Below, piece after piece: positions 39,601 through 52,424 of a DNA stretch of 64,000 bases. The position numbers and the translations under genes were made by a program. The stretch is taken from NCBI RefSeq assembly GCF_000150275.1, contig NW_002060944.1, forward strand, positions 4,902,123 through 4,966,122, in the 5' to 3' direction. Within the stretch, counting starts at the first letter, position 1. Each line of letters starts with the position of its first letter. This stretch comes from Trichoplax adhaerens. Lineage: Eukaryota; Animalia; Placozoa. Under the pieces are notes generated by a model. That model saw only the letters and a list, made by a program, of their open reading frames with translations, was not told where the DNA came from and did not search any database.

Positions 39601-42569
39601 ATAGAATAACTCTGCCGAGATTATGATTGACTTGGTGGCCAACTAAGAGTCGAGGCTAAAGTTAATTTCCTACATTTACACGCCCGTTAAGTTTGAGGTT
39701 TACATTATATTCTAAAGGGTCAGTAAAGCTTGTAAACGTCACTTCCATCGGCAATATTCTGTACATAAAGTCATTCTCGAGAAATACATAAAAAAACCAG
39801 TAAGGAAATCAACACTTCATATCACCCTTTGAGAGCTCATTTAATACTTAATAGATGGTGATTATTTGATTAAGAGTTAGTAATTATTACATTCATCTGC
39901 ATAGGCAAATAAAACGACGAATGGAGCTCTTATGCTAGCTGACATCGAGGTCGTGTAATTGAGCGCCTAAACTAGATGGCCATGTGTTATAACAGTAATG
40001 TTTTTCTAATTCTGGCCGATAGTGAAATTGAATTTTGTGCTCTTCGAACCGTACTTTCAATTACAATTCCTTCAAGGTTTTAGTATTGTGTTATCCTATC
40101 TGATAACCAATATCGCATGGAGGTAAGGAAGGAAATAATCAAAAAAATTGAACTATTGCCAAGGTGGATGCTTATCAATCGAACAATATTAAATCGAGCG
40201 TGATTGATTATTCATTTTTATACGACTCTTACTGCACTAGTACTCAATCAACTATCTAGATTGATTGCTGATATTATCTAGAGTTGGGTCAACATTATAC
40301 AGTATAAACATTTGCCATGTTGCTTTTGATGTTGGTGAATCAATGCTATTACTATCTAATTCTATGTTAATTTTAATGGTCAAGACACAATAATGTTGAT
40401 ATTCTAATGGTTGCTTTACATATTTCATTAAACACGTCGTTGATATTGATTATTTCTTTTAGTGCGCCAATAAATTCTTACAACATTACTTCCTATAAAT
40501 CCATAGCTCATTTGTACATTGAATATGTAAGCTATGAAGTGATTATGTTATTGCCTTTGCAAGGAAAAGAATTTGATATAAAATTGAGGAATCTAAATCA
40601 AATTCGATATTGAAGGTGGCTTTTTCGATCAGAGAACAATGGGCACGTGAACGAACGGTTGGCATCGAGCCATTGCGAGTGGTATGCGTAGTTATTTAAA
40701 TAATCGAAGCGATTCAAGGTGTTTTTACTCTACTGTATGCTAATTTAGCCTCCTTTCTGGAGATGACTAGTACAGCGCATTAACTTATGCATATGGATGA
40801 GTAGATTACTCTATACTAATGGTGTTGATTAAGGCTGGAAAACATTTTACACCTCGCCCACTATGCATATGAAGACACACGAGCAATTTGTAAATAAACT
40901 TGACTCTGAATAAAGTCAATAAATAACGGACTAAAATTCGTCATGCATGAATAACAATGTTAACAACATTTTTGAAATGATTCTAGTGTCATGAAACCCA
41001 TTAGTCTTACACATGTAGAACAAATGACTACAGAAGTAAGCTAAATAAAAATCGGCAGCCTGCATTATGCAATCGAGCTCGGATAAGATCGATGCATTCC
41101 ATTTCATGGACAACCCAATTTTATTGTGAGCCTATTGCAATAAAAGCAAACATGACCCGAATCGATGGATATTAAATGATATTGATCGTTTCCAGTAATA
41201 TATTGATGTGCTTTGTACTGATTTCGATGGTCTACAGTATAATGATTTATTTAATTAATTTCCTGTCATCGCTGATGAAGTTCAGACGACTTAAATGCTG
41301 CTATTTACAGTTAAATTAATTAATTTACCATTTTTATTATAAAGGTAATCTACTTTATCATTTGTTCATAACTAATTTACTATTGATCCAAGGGAAATTC
41401 CTATACGTGATTGTACAGCATATTCTGGAAATACTTCATATCGCCCTGTCTACCTATGAAATCAATATTTAAAAAAGTCGCAGTTCTGATATAGATCGTG
41501 CCCTAGCTGTTTATAAATTTGTATGGAGTTGGACTTTATACAACACTTGAAGTTAATACATATACTTCTAGTCTCTCATTCTCTCGCTGTACGTAAGTGT
41601 ACAATTGGATTAGGTTACCTCATTCATTCTCAAAATTGCGCCTTATTAATAGGAATGACGACATAAATTGTCTATTTTGGGGGGAAGGAACCAATCAACT
41701 CGAGTCAAGCCGTTCAGCTCTCCAAGACTACTAAGTAAAATTTAGCCTGGTCCACTAGCCCGAAGTATTGAAGAAAAATTATCATGATGAATACGATAGT
41801 GATCTAAATTACCCGTTTGCACGCGCATTTAGATCAATTTTTTCAAATTGCGTCTCGTACGAGTTATGGAGACCAATTGTTCATTTTCAGGAAACAAACG
41901 AATTAATCCACTTGAGTTTGACTACTATGACTTCCCAATACTGCACTGCTAAGCTAAGTTCGATTGCCTAGCCAAGCTAAAGTTTTCAGCGAAAATTAAA
42001 GCAGTACAAAGTGATTCATTTAGATCATAGCCGTGAATGGTAAAGCACGAGATTTCACGATGTAAGATCACAGTAGTAGGAAAGTACATTGCTTTCCTGA
42101 CCTAAATCATCGTTTTACAGCGCTCTATTGAACAAAATAAGACAGTTGGTATAAATTTAAGCCCGTTATAATTTATTTGTATATATGGAATTAGCCTGAG
42201 TGAATTGAATTCACCGCCTCGATACTCAAGGCCATAACCATGACAACATCGGCGGATATACGAGTACCCCTATCTTGGAACTGCTACACCAAAGGTGAAC
42301 ATGGATAGGTACTACTTCTTTCCTGGAATCTTCTATCAATGTAAGAATATAATAGCCCTTGCGATATCGATTTACTCCCTACGGTTATTTCCTTCATAAT
42401 ATCTGAATAAATCTATTTGATATCCTTGACATCCTCCATCGCCAATCCTATTGCATGCAGTCATGTCTAGTCATGTCCACTGATGTCCACTCGTACGAGG
42501 ACGCGGTAACACCTACCCGCAAAATCCAGATTTTTCCTCTGTGGCAAGAAGTTCCAGTTTCTAGATCGC

Positions 42570-43175
42570 CTTAAATCGCTCATTAGCAGCTGAAAATGAT
42601 TTAGAAATAAGGAAGAAACTTATTGGCGCAAAATTATAGAACATAGACGTTAATAATTTATGATAAGTGTTGGAAATCAACTAAGGAAGGGAGATTTGGA
42701 TGTCAACAGTATAGCGTATCGTTTCAGATCTGCGATTAAGTTGAAACGACCAGCAAATACTCAGCCCCCCGTATTCAGACTGCGCTATACCGTCCTCTAC
42801 AGTACAGTACTAGATTTCGTACTGTAAAGTATTGTACTGTGCACTGTAGAAAAGGACTCTGCACTTCTGCACTTAAATCGCTCATTAGCAGCTGAAAATG
42901 ATTTCGAAATAAGGAAGAAACTTATTGGCGCAAAATTATAGAACATAGACGTTAATAATTCATGATAAGTGTTGGAAATCAACTAAGGAAGGGAGATTTA
43001 GACATCAACAGTATAGCGTATCGTTTCAGATCTACGATTGAGTTGAAACGACCAGCAAATACTCAGCCCCCTGTATTCAGGCTGCGTTACACCGTCGTCT
43101 ACAGTACAGTACTGTACAGTATTAGACTTCGTACTGTAAAATACTGTACTGTGCACTGTAGGAAAAGGACTCTGC
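42570..43175. repeat. Near-identical 302 bp tandem duplication directly upstream of IMP3
   Basis: cttaaatcgctcattagcagctgaaaatg starts at 42570 and 42872. Each copy ends in a TACAGTA/TACTGTA cluster followed by aaaaggactctgc. Confidence 0.95.
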
Positions 43176-43269
43176 TCTGGTGGCTGCACTCGAGGTAGAG
43201 TGACTGTCTATCATCTGTCGGTCGTCTGTCTGTCATCGGTCTGTCATCTCTCTCTCTCTCGTTGCAAGC

Positions 43270-45343
43270 ATGGTTCGCTCCTTGAAATATCACGAAAAGA
43301 AATTATTAAAAAAAGTTGATTTTATATCATGGAAGAAGGAAAATAATATTCGCGAGATCCAGATTATACGCAAATATCATATTAAAAAAAGAGAAGATTA
43401 TACTAAGTAAATGTCTTCGCTAAAATAGCGTAATAACAACGCTTGTTACTTCTGTTCTACATTTCGGATATTCGTTCATGCAATACATCATGTTGTGCAA
43501 AATCAATACTCACTTTTCGACTTTGCAAATATAATCATACAACGGAGCATATTTAGGCATCCAAACAGTACATAGACGCAAACGATCATAGTGAGATATT
43601 GTATTTGTTAGAAAAATGAGTACAGTATGGAGATAGTGTACAACATGGTTGATTAATTCTTACTTTTCAAGATGTTTACAGTTGGATGAAAGGAAGAGAT
43701 CCATGGCTCGTTCGGCCACTGCAGTAACTCTTACATAGCACAACTTTACTTGTCTCATTCAAATTTCATCTTTTCTCTGTAAATGAAGTAACATCCAAAC
43801 TTTGTATTGGCTAGTAACACGCTGTACTTTGATTACGACCAGTTGGATAGATACGATAGTGTACATCTCATTGCTTCGCACAAGGCTTTATTCGATATCC
43901 AACTTGAGCTATCCCATTTCAAATGACATCTTTTCTCTGTTAAATCAACGGATATAGAAACTTTATATTGGTCAGTAATCCACTATACTGTTATTGTTAC
44001 AAGTTGGACCGATACGATATTACATCCCATTTCTTTATTAAATACTTTGTGCATTATCTACAATAGAAATATCATGCTATGATCCAGTATACATGTAATG
44101 CTATGACTGAATATAAAAAGTTCGAGTTATCCCTACGCGTAATATGTGATGCTGAACAAGCAGTATTATACTGGTACCAGATATGGAATGAGTTTAGTAC
44201 AATCAGATTTCATTTTTATCGCTCAAGTGTGTAATTACGTGATAGGCTATTTTTTAACCATCATCTCGTTAGTATACATTAAAGACACACGTCATGACTA
44301 CAGATCTAGTAGATCTACCTAATTCGTTATTCACAAAGTAATTATAGACATTGGATTTCTATGTTAGTTTAAAGGCTGCACCATATTGGAAGTGTCCCTT
44401 GCCATAATCTAAAATTGTACTTGAATTTAACATCTAGATATAATAAACTTTGTGGAATGGTAAGGAAATTATCTCATGTACTTAAAAAGCTAGATGTTAA
44501 TGATGAATTTCGCGTGGAAGCTTCCGCATTGTTAATCGAAAAACTGTAAGTCATCGTTTTATTTAACAGTTATATAATTCGCCCTTCCTTGATGGAGTTG
44601 AATACCTAAGTTGACTTTGATTGCGTAACTGATAATATTATATGTGTAGATATAATCTTGGACTTATCCAATCGCAGAAGAGTCTAACCTTGTGTGAGAA
44701 ATTAACCGCTTCCACATTCTGCAGGTCAGTGTACTAATCAAAGTAGATTCCAGTTTATGCATCGTTTATGACCATAAAATTTATTCTTGTAGGTTAATGC
44801 CAATAGCTTTTTTGCCATTGCATTAGTTCTAGTATAAAGGTGCGGTAATAACGATTCATTTCGCTATTTGACTACTGTGCATTGTAGGAGAAGATTGCCT
44901 GTCATTCTGGTCAAGCTACGAATGGCTCCTACCGTTTCGATGGCAACTACATTTATAGAGCATGGTCGTATCCATTTATGATTTCTCCTATTACATGTTA
45001 CTAATAATAAGTTTATTGACTCACATTTTTCTGATTAGAATGAAAGAGTATTGCTGCATTATTTTAAAAAGTGCATTTACTGTACAATTTTCGTTGACGC
45101 GTTATATCACAGACATTCGTATAGGACCAGAAGTCGTAACCGATCCTGCACTGTTGGTGACAAGAACGATGGAAGATTACGTTACGTGGACTGATTCATC
45201 CAAGATTAAAAAACATTTACTACGTTATCAAGGCGAGGTTAGGATCAATTTGCTGCTATAGTATTTATAATTTGTCTCTTCACAGTTTGTATTGAAATTA
45301 GCTATTTTATTGTTTCAAGTTGGACGATTTTGATGTATTGTAA
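43270..45343 (+). CDS. IMP3: U3 snoRNP protein IMP3 (S4 domain), ~182 aa, 6 exons
   Basis: Exons 43270-43406, 44438-44545, 44650-44724, 44888-44967, 45113-45237, 45320-45343. Motifs [63 protein letters not shown] and LDDFD. Confidence 0.95.
43751..44040. repeat. ~160 bp x2 degenerate repeat in IMP3 intron 1
   Basis: caaat..catcttttctctgt...tattgg..agtaa...agttgga..gatacgata occurs twice. Confidence 0.8.
44968..45112 (+). other. Putative U12-type GT-AG intron (IMP3 intron 4)
   Basis: 5' end GTATCCATTT; branch-like TTTTCGTTGAC at 45088-45098, ~15 nt from the AG; no polypyrimidine tract; phase 1. Confidence 0.55.
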
Positions 45344-46099
45344 ATGAAGAAATTCATCACAGGATTACAAAGAAAGCCACAGTTCTTCTAATTGAATGAA
45401 AGTTTTACAAAAGTAGCGACACCCTGTTACAGCCAGAAGCCAGTTGCTGAACATCTAGATGAATCATATTCAATACCAAAATATAATGAAATGCTAAATC
45501 TAACTAATTACCAGGATATTTATTTTCTTTTTATTACAATACGAACACGATCGTACACTACGCTTGTTACAATTGTAGCAGGTACGTATATCTCTATACT
45601 TCTACGATTTATTAATTTCCTGTTACTTTATGACAATATATTCTGGCGGAGAGCCTTTGATGTAAAGATACATGTTTGCAAGGACATGTACAATATTAAC
45701 TTTTTAAATAGTGTTAACATCTGTCCACTTATACCAGCAGTAAATACAGTATATGCTGGACATCAACTGCGATATTCAGAGCAAGATGTAGCACCTGAGA
45801 TATTCGAATCTCTAATCAAAAATAGGTAGACCAATTAAAATAGTACCTTTAATGCATTAATCAGGTTTCAATTATATCAATAACTGGTGCAGAATAATAA
45901 AGCAAATCAATCGATGCTTATTACCGTTTGTCTCGTCACAGTTGTAACTTAAAAATTCGTAATTTAATGTCAGTGATCCTGACAAACGTTGCAACACAAG
46001 TTGACTGTTGTCAAAATATAGTGTTATAATTTGTATATGCTACTATTAATTTAATTTCATCTTCGTAGCAATACGCCTTGATATAGAATCATCATCGTA

Positions 46100-48472
46100 T
46101 TACCACCACCAAAACCTTAAGTAGATCACTATTAGAAAAAACAGAAAACCTATGACAGCATATTTAGCGTAAGTTGACCGTAAATTCAAGTATTTGGCAT
46201 CCTTTTTATATTTCTGAGAATGCATCGATAAGTGGCTAGCTTTATCATCCAGAACTAAAGGGATAAAGCAAAATCAGGATAATCAGCTTCACATCGTATA
46301 GGATACGTACAAAATATGCAATTTATATATGATTCTTGTATTGTAAAAAGAGTTATCTATAAAAGAACAGATTATTGATAATTATAAACACTGTATGAGC
46401 AAAACAACCTGATAGCTGTTCTCCACGCTGTAAAATATCGTCAATATTTTGCAGCATAATTCTTTGTACATCGTGTAAGTCATCATTTAATTGATTTAAA
46501 TTACGATGAGATCGCGAATCCATATAAGATTTCTTTGTTTTCAGTAGAAATGTTTCTGAATGCAAAAGATTCAAGATATGCATCAGTAATGTACGTAATT
46601 TATACACAGCTATTTCTCAATTTTACATTAGCATTACACAAAAAATTACAGGTAGCTAACAGCGAATGCTGATTGATTATCTTAATTATTCAATGCTGAA
46701 GGGAAAATAATTTATTCCAGACAATTCTAGTAAAGTAATTACCAGCTTAGGTATGCTTACCAAATTCAATGAAACAGTAAGGCCTCGAAACTATTCTTAT
46801 TTCAGACCCATACAATTTGATAAATTCTGCTTGCAAATCATTCAAGTATCCAAATACTAGTCTTTTCGAAAAAGTCTTCTCGCAAAGAGCCATGAAACAG
46901 ACGCCGGTGTCTATTAAGTAACTGTTGATAAATAAGAAAAGGGTGTTTAAATTAACGTGAGATAGAAGGAAGGTTGGTTAAAAGCATTCCCAGTATAAAC
47001 GGATTGGACTCTGGCCGTTTATATTTTAATGTACGCGTATACTGTAAGATTCATGACCATATTAATCCGAACTTGTTACTTGTACAAAAGCACTGTAATA
47101 GAAAGTATAATGCTCCTACAGTATTTCATTTAAGGGGAATCTTTCAGGAGGGATTAATAAGAGCTTCGAAAAAGAGATCGAAAACTGTATTATTTACAAG
47201 TGCCATTGGAGGAATTCCATTTAGAACGTCTTTGTCATTTGAAATTCAGGATATACGAGTATTATATGGTACTGTATATCGCGCAATGCCACAGTGTAAA
47301 ATTATCATGACAAGAGAATGCAACGCAGGATGATGATAACTGCTTAATATATAGGCCAAAAATAAGTACTTTGATCATGTTGCAGCAGTGTGGTGCGTGT
47401 ACGGTGATTCCACATACTGATTATAATTAGTAGACAGCAGTAGAACAAAATTTGATATTCTTGTTACGAAAACTTACTGGAAAACGTAAGGACCAGTTTC
47501 GATGCTACAGCGTGTCGGTGATTGATCTGATAGTTTTCTGAACAACATCTTTGCTTGATTTTGATATTGTTGTGCAGTCTTGCCAACCTATTACCAGATT
47601 ATACGAAATTATTGACAAGAATTGACAAATCAAGTGTACTACCATGTGCTAACGTATCGGCAGTTTATGAGTGCAGATTAGTAACGTCCTTGATGGAAAT
47701 AATGGAAACACCGAATATCCTTTTAGTGTACAGTAGTTGGCACCCATGTTATCTACCTATAGGCAAGTTCATCTTGGTAGAAAAGTATTGCAAGTTAACT
47801 AATAATCCGGTATAACGTTTGGTGGCTCGTGAACTGTGGCAACTTTGCCAGACGTTAGGTATTCCAATACAGTACTAGCGTACGCCCAGCAAAGTTGATA
47901 GCGAAGCGGATTTTGTTTTTTTTCACCACAAGAGAAACTACCACGATATTACTGGATGATTTTCACTGCCATTTTTACAACCAGTATATCTATTGCTGGT
48001 AACATTATAAGACTAATCGATTTAGTTGTCAAGAAAGCTAAATGTATGACGGATCTTTTCTCCCTAACTGTAAGTAATCCGCCACTTTGGATATGGTGGT
48101 GTTTTAGAATAGCTGTGAAGTAAGCTCTTGCAATTCAAAAAAAGATTCTCTCTAATCTACTGTATTTCAGTTCAAAGTGTCGATGTCGTCGTTATTACGA
48201 AGAGCAATGATTCCCATACGAGTATTAGTTCGTTTTTATATTTGTTGGTATTTTAAAGGATATCATGATCAATAAGCAACAACCATAGATGATTGTACAG
48301 TGTAGAATAAGGTAAGACATGCATTGGCTATTATTACTCAACTACTATCCATTGCATGCAGTACAACGGAAGCGTAAATGCTCCAAGGAGAACAAACCTC
48401 TTCTGATTCTTGCATGGATGCAGCCATTATCAGCCCGTCAGCCACACGAGCTATCAAAGTCATTAAAACCAT
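46100..48472 (-). CDS. SEC22B: Vesicle-trafficking longin R-SNARE SEC22b, 215 aa, 5 exons
   Basis: Exons 48472-48398, 47587-47478, 46921-46761, 46555-46409, 46254-46100. Motifs [54 protein letters not shown] and a C-terminal TM ending RFWWW. Confidence 0.96.
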
Positions 48473-48512
48473 ATTGATTATTATTTCTCAACTAGGCTTA
48501 AGGCAAGCAAAT

Positions 48513-48625
48513 AAAGAGTTTGGGATTTGACAAGGTGATGAGAAAGAGTTTGGGATTTGGCAAGGTGATGAGAAAGAGTTTAGGATTGAGCAAGGTGATG
48601 AGAAAGAGTTTGGGATTTGGCAAGG
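48513..48625. repeat. 30 bp x ~3.8 tandem repeat just upstream of the SEC22B ATG
   Basis: aaagagtttgggatttggcaaggtgatgag (with minor variants) at 48513, 48543, 48573 and 48603. Confidence 0.95.
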
Positions 48626-48629
48626 CTCT

Positions 48630-49340
48630 CGTTGGCAGTTGACTGAAGAAATTTTCCGTTAAAGTCTAGTTTCCTATCGGACCTCTGCACGACCGTCCGC
48701 TCGTCTGTCCACTCTGTCGTTCACTCTGATGCAGTACCGTGCGGTATAGTGTGCTGTAGTTGTTGCTGCTGCATACTGTAGTAACCATATGTATCGTACT
48801 ATACTGTAGTAACGGTACTAAATAGTAATGTCAAGAAATTTTCCCTTGCAGTCCAGTCTTGACCTGAGCAAGGTTCGGTTGTCCGCTTGTCTGTCCACTC
48901 TGTTGTGCACCGGGATACAGTACGGTGCGGACTGGACCGGACTGGACTGGACCAGACTGAACTAGACTGGACTGGACTGGATAGTAATGTCGTGACGTGG
49001 CACGGGTGACCCACAGCCGTGAGGACTTCGTTGTACTGTACTGAGTGTACAGTGTACAGTGTACAGTACAGTACACTGGTGTACCGTACTGTAGTGGACA
49101 GGCTGACAGCACCATCGGCTGCAGTAGCTGCCCCTAAGTTAAGTGCCACTAGGCAAATTCAATCAAGTTGAACAGTGCTCTAGGTGCCCCACATTTCCCA
49201 AGCACAATCTGCTCAACACTTCGTTGACGGCTTCTGCTGTGGACTACAACTTCCTAATACAGCATTGATGCTCCTTTGACCAGTATTTTGGACTGCAGCC
49301 GCGTTATAATATCATGTCCTAAGGGCAGAGAGCAGCTCCA
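48630..49340. promoter_or_regulatory. Bidirectional promoter of SEC22B/SRD5A3: GC-enriched, with (ACTGG)n, TACAGT repeats, a duplicated ~65 bp block and a UPRE
   Basis: Head-to-head ATGs ~870 bp apart; (ACTGG)-like x10 at 48931-48980; gtccgct(c/t)gtctgtccactctgt at ~48695 and ~48881. Confidence 0.75.
48992..49002 (+). promoter_or_regulatory. UPRE / XBP1-CREB3-type site GTGACGTGGCA
   Basis: Exact TGACGTGG core at 48993-49000, between two ER secretory-pathway genes. Confidence 0.6.
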
Positions 49341-49342
49341 GG

Positions 49343-50788
49343 ATGGACGGTTTCGCATTAATATGGGGCTGTCTTTTAGCCATTGTTTTAGCTCAAGTTT
49401 TGGCTTATATCTTATGCCATCATCGTTTACCACTCTTCATCCGGGCTACATATGAATGGGGCAAGCTGCTTGATGAGAATACTTCTGCATTCAATCGAAA
49501 GTGGCTAGTCCCTAAAAGGTCAGACACTGAAACACCAAATACATTGTATGGTAATAAGAGCTGTAGGTGATGGACTAGTTAAAGTTGAGCTAAGCGTTCT
49601 TGATCAACAATGCAAGTTGCATTTCTGCTGTCAGCAACTTTTCAATTCTTGCAAAGTACAGACTCTGCAAAATACTGGACGATAGGCTACGGTTACAACC
49701 AACAGGTCTTTTGTAGGCTAGTGTTACTCTAGTGATCTTGATCACAAGTTGCTTTTCTGCAATCGTTAACTTTTGAATTCTTGCAAAGTACAATCTCTGC
49801 AGAATGCAGAAGGATAGACTATGGTGATAATCAACAGGTCTTTTATAGACGAGTGGATTAATCTATTGATAATCTCGTTTTGTAGGTACTTTGCACATTT
49901 CTACTGGATAGGAAGTACTTTTACTCTTCTCACTCTATCCGTGCTTTTCTCTAGCTGTAACAAACAGCAAAAGTTTTTGTGCTATCAAATCATCATTCAA
50001 GTAAAGGAAGTATTTGGCTACTTAGACTCTGCCAATTATTACACGATTAAGACCTCATCTATTATCCTTTCTCTGGTATTGCTATCCCTGCAAACATTTC
50101 GACGTCTCTACGAATGCTTATTTATCTCAAAATTTTCACAATCGGCACAAATGCATTTAGGTCATTACTTGTTGGGAGGAATGTTTTACATACTAGTTAA
50201 TTTAACAATCATATCTGATGGATCTTTCTTAACATCAGGTTTGTTGGTAATATTTTGCTCTTTCTATAGTTTATATTATAGTAGTTATATAGTATAACTG
50301 TTCACTGTTAAAGCGTTATAGCTCTTAACGCGTCAATTATAGGAGTATGTGTATCAACTTACGTAAAAGACTAGTATTAAGTAATTGATTCGAATTGCAT
50401 TCTAGATGGGGATACTTTCCGGTTGAAAGATCTATCAACTGCCACCAATATTATTGGAGTCTGCATATTCTGTTGGGGTAGTTTGCATCAACATCGATGC
50501 CATAATATCTTAGCTCAGTTACGCGTAGGAAGCTCATCTCACAACAACTATGGAGTTCCAAGAGGTGATTGGTTCAACTACGTTTCGTGTCCTCATTACC
50601 TATCAGAAATTATCATCTATTTTTCTATCGGATTCATTTTAAGTCTTGACCATCAGTCATGGTGGCTGTTATTGGCTTTCATTACAACGATGCTCTCCTT
50701 AGGAGCTGTCCAAACAAACCAATGGTATTATCAGAATTTTTCAAATTATCCTGAAGATCGTCGAGCTATCATTCCATTTTTGTTATGA
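49343..50788 (+). CDS. SRD5A3: Polyprenol/polyprenal reductase (steroid 5-alpha-reductase 3 family), ~303 aa, 3 exons
   Basis: Exons 49343-49518, 49886-50238, 50406-50788. Motifs VPKRYFAHFY, RRLYECLFISKFS, MHLGHYLLG, HQHRCHNILAQLR, PRGDWFNYVSCPHYLSEIIIY and YPEDRRAIIPFLL. Confidence 0.95.
49598..49855. repeat. ~138 bp x2 duplication filling SRD5A3 intron 1
   Basis: tcttgatca...aattcttgcaaagtaca...caacaggtctttt occurs twice. Confidence 0.88.
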
Positions 50789-51661
50789 AGAATAAATTAA
50801 CTTATCTCATTAGCCGCTAAATGAAGTTACAATATTGTATATATCTAGTCTTGTTGTCTATTTATGTACATTGAATTTTATGGTCAATAACCATAGGTAA
50901 AGCGTTGATATTTTCACACAAAAAATGAAGCACAAGATATTATCACATACGAGTATGCTGTTTCTATTTAGCGTATGAATACGCTATTTCGCTATTGTAA
51001 AGTACGTGATGCATTGATTAAGACATTATTGGTCATCATTTGTTATTATTATTAGTACCTTCATAAAATGAAGCAATAGAATGTATTAGTACATATGCAG
51101 TACTGCAGTACATTGTTATACTCAATATGCAAACTATTCTGACCACTATTTGTGCAAGATTACCTCTTCCATGCTCAGTTGTCGAACTGATAAATAAATT
51201 TTAATTTTGTATATTTATATTGCTCTTCAATCCCAGTATAATCTTTGATTCTCAACCGTTTTCTATTACTTATTGACCATTTTCGAGTACAATTTGCAAA
51301 TATTGAAGCTGGATCTATTGTACAGGCTGCAAATGCTGTCGATTTACTTGTAAAATTTGCTATATCACTTATCTATATGCCATAAAATAAATTTAGAATT
51401 AATTAATTGCAGCTACTGTAGTATTCAAACATCGATCAAGAGTTCATGTCTCGTCTATGCAATGGCAGTCATCCATTTTAAGCAAAGCATAGTATGGTCC
51501 GAACTATAGTTATATGCTTGTATAAGTCGTACGAGACAACACAGTTATTAACTTCTATACGAGTGCATATAGAGATATATATAATTATTTCTGTAGGCGC
51601 ATGACACTACTGCTTACTATCATAAGTAAAGTATCTTATTCACATTAAGCAAGGTATCATG

Positions 51662-52424
51662 AGCTGAAATCTTGTTCCAGATTGAATGATACGACTTTAC
51701 GAGTATAACACCTACAGATATCATTAGAAATAGCCTTCATGCAGCATGGTGTGCTCGTTTGGCTAGTTATTGATAATTAATTATAAAAATCGAATTATGT
51801 AGACAGCCAGACATAGATTTGAGTGTCATAAATTGAACTCTCCATCGACGCAGTTACTAGCTGAAATCTTCTGCCAGATTGAATGATACGACTTTACGAG
51901 TATAACATCTATTGATATTATTAGAAATAGCCTTCATACAGCATGGTATGCTCGTTTGGCTAGTTATTGATAATTAATTATAAAAATCGAATTATGTTGA
52001 CAGTCAGACATAGATTTGAGTGTCATAAATTGAACTCTCCATCGACGCAGTTACTAGCTGAAATCTTCTGCCAGATTGAATGATACGACTTTACGAGTAT
52101 AACATCTATTGCTATTATTAGAAATAGCCTTCATACAGCATGGTGTGCTCGTTTGGCTAGTTATTGATAATTAATTATAAAGATCGAATTATGCTGACAG
52201 TCAGATATAGATATCGACGCAGCTACTAGCTGAAATCTTCTGCCAGATTGAATGATACGACTTTACGAGTATAACATCTATTGATATTATTAGAAATAGC
52301 CTTCATGCGGCATGGTGTGCTCGTTTGGCTAGTTATTGATAATTAATTATAAAAATCGAATTATGCTGGCAGTCAGATATAGATTTGAGTGTCATAAATT
52401 GAACTCTCCATCGACGTAGTTACT
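51662..52424. repeat. 197 bp x4 high-identity tandem repeat (third copy has a ~25 bp deletion)
   Basis: agctgaaatctt starts at 51662, 51859, 52056 and 52228. Confidence 0.96.

Noticed and set aside
45392-45829. 145 aa ORF between IMP3 and SEC22B
   Set aside because: TTG start, no recognisable domain, and it lies in convergent 3'UTR space.
48513-48625. 30 bp repeats as a CRISPR-like array
   Set aside because: The units are contiguous with no unique spacers, the context is eukaryotic and there are no cas genes.
48799-49149. ORFs across the SEC22B/SRD5A3 promoter (similar ones at 42797-43293, 52373-52782 and 63442-63775)
   Set aside because: They arise from stop-poor TACAGT/ACTGG repeats, and their translations are low-complexity with no recognisable family.
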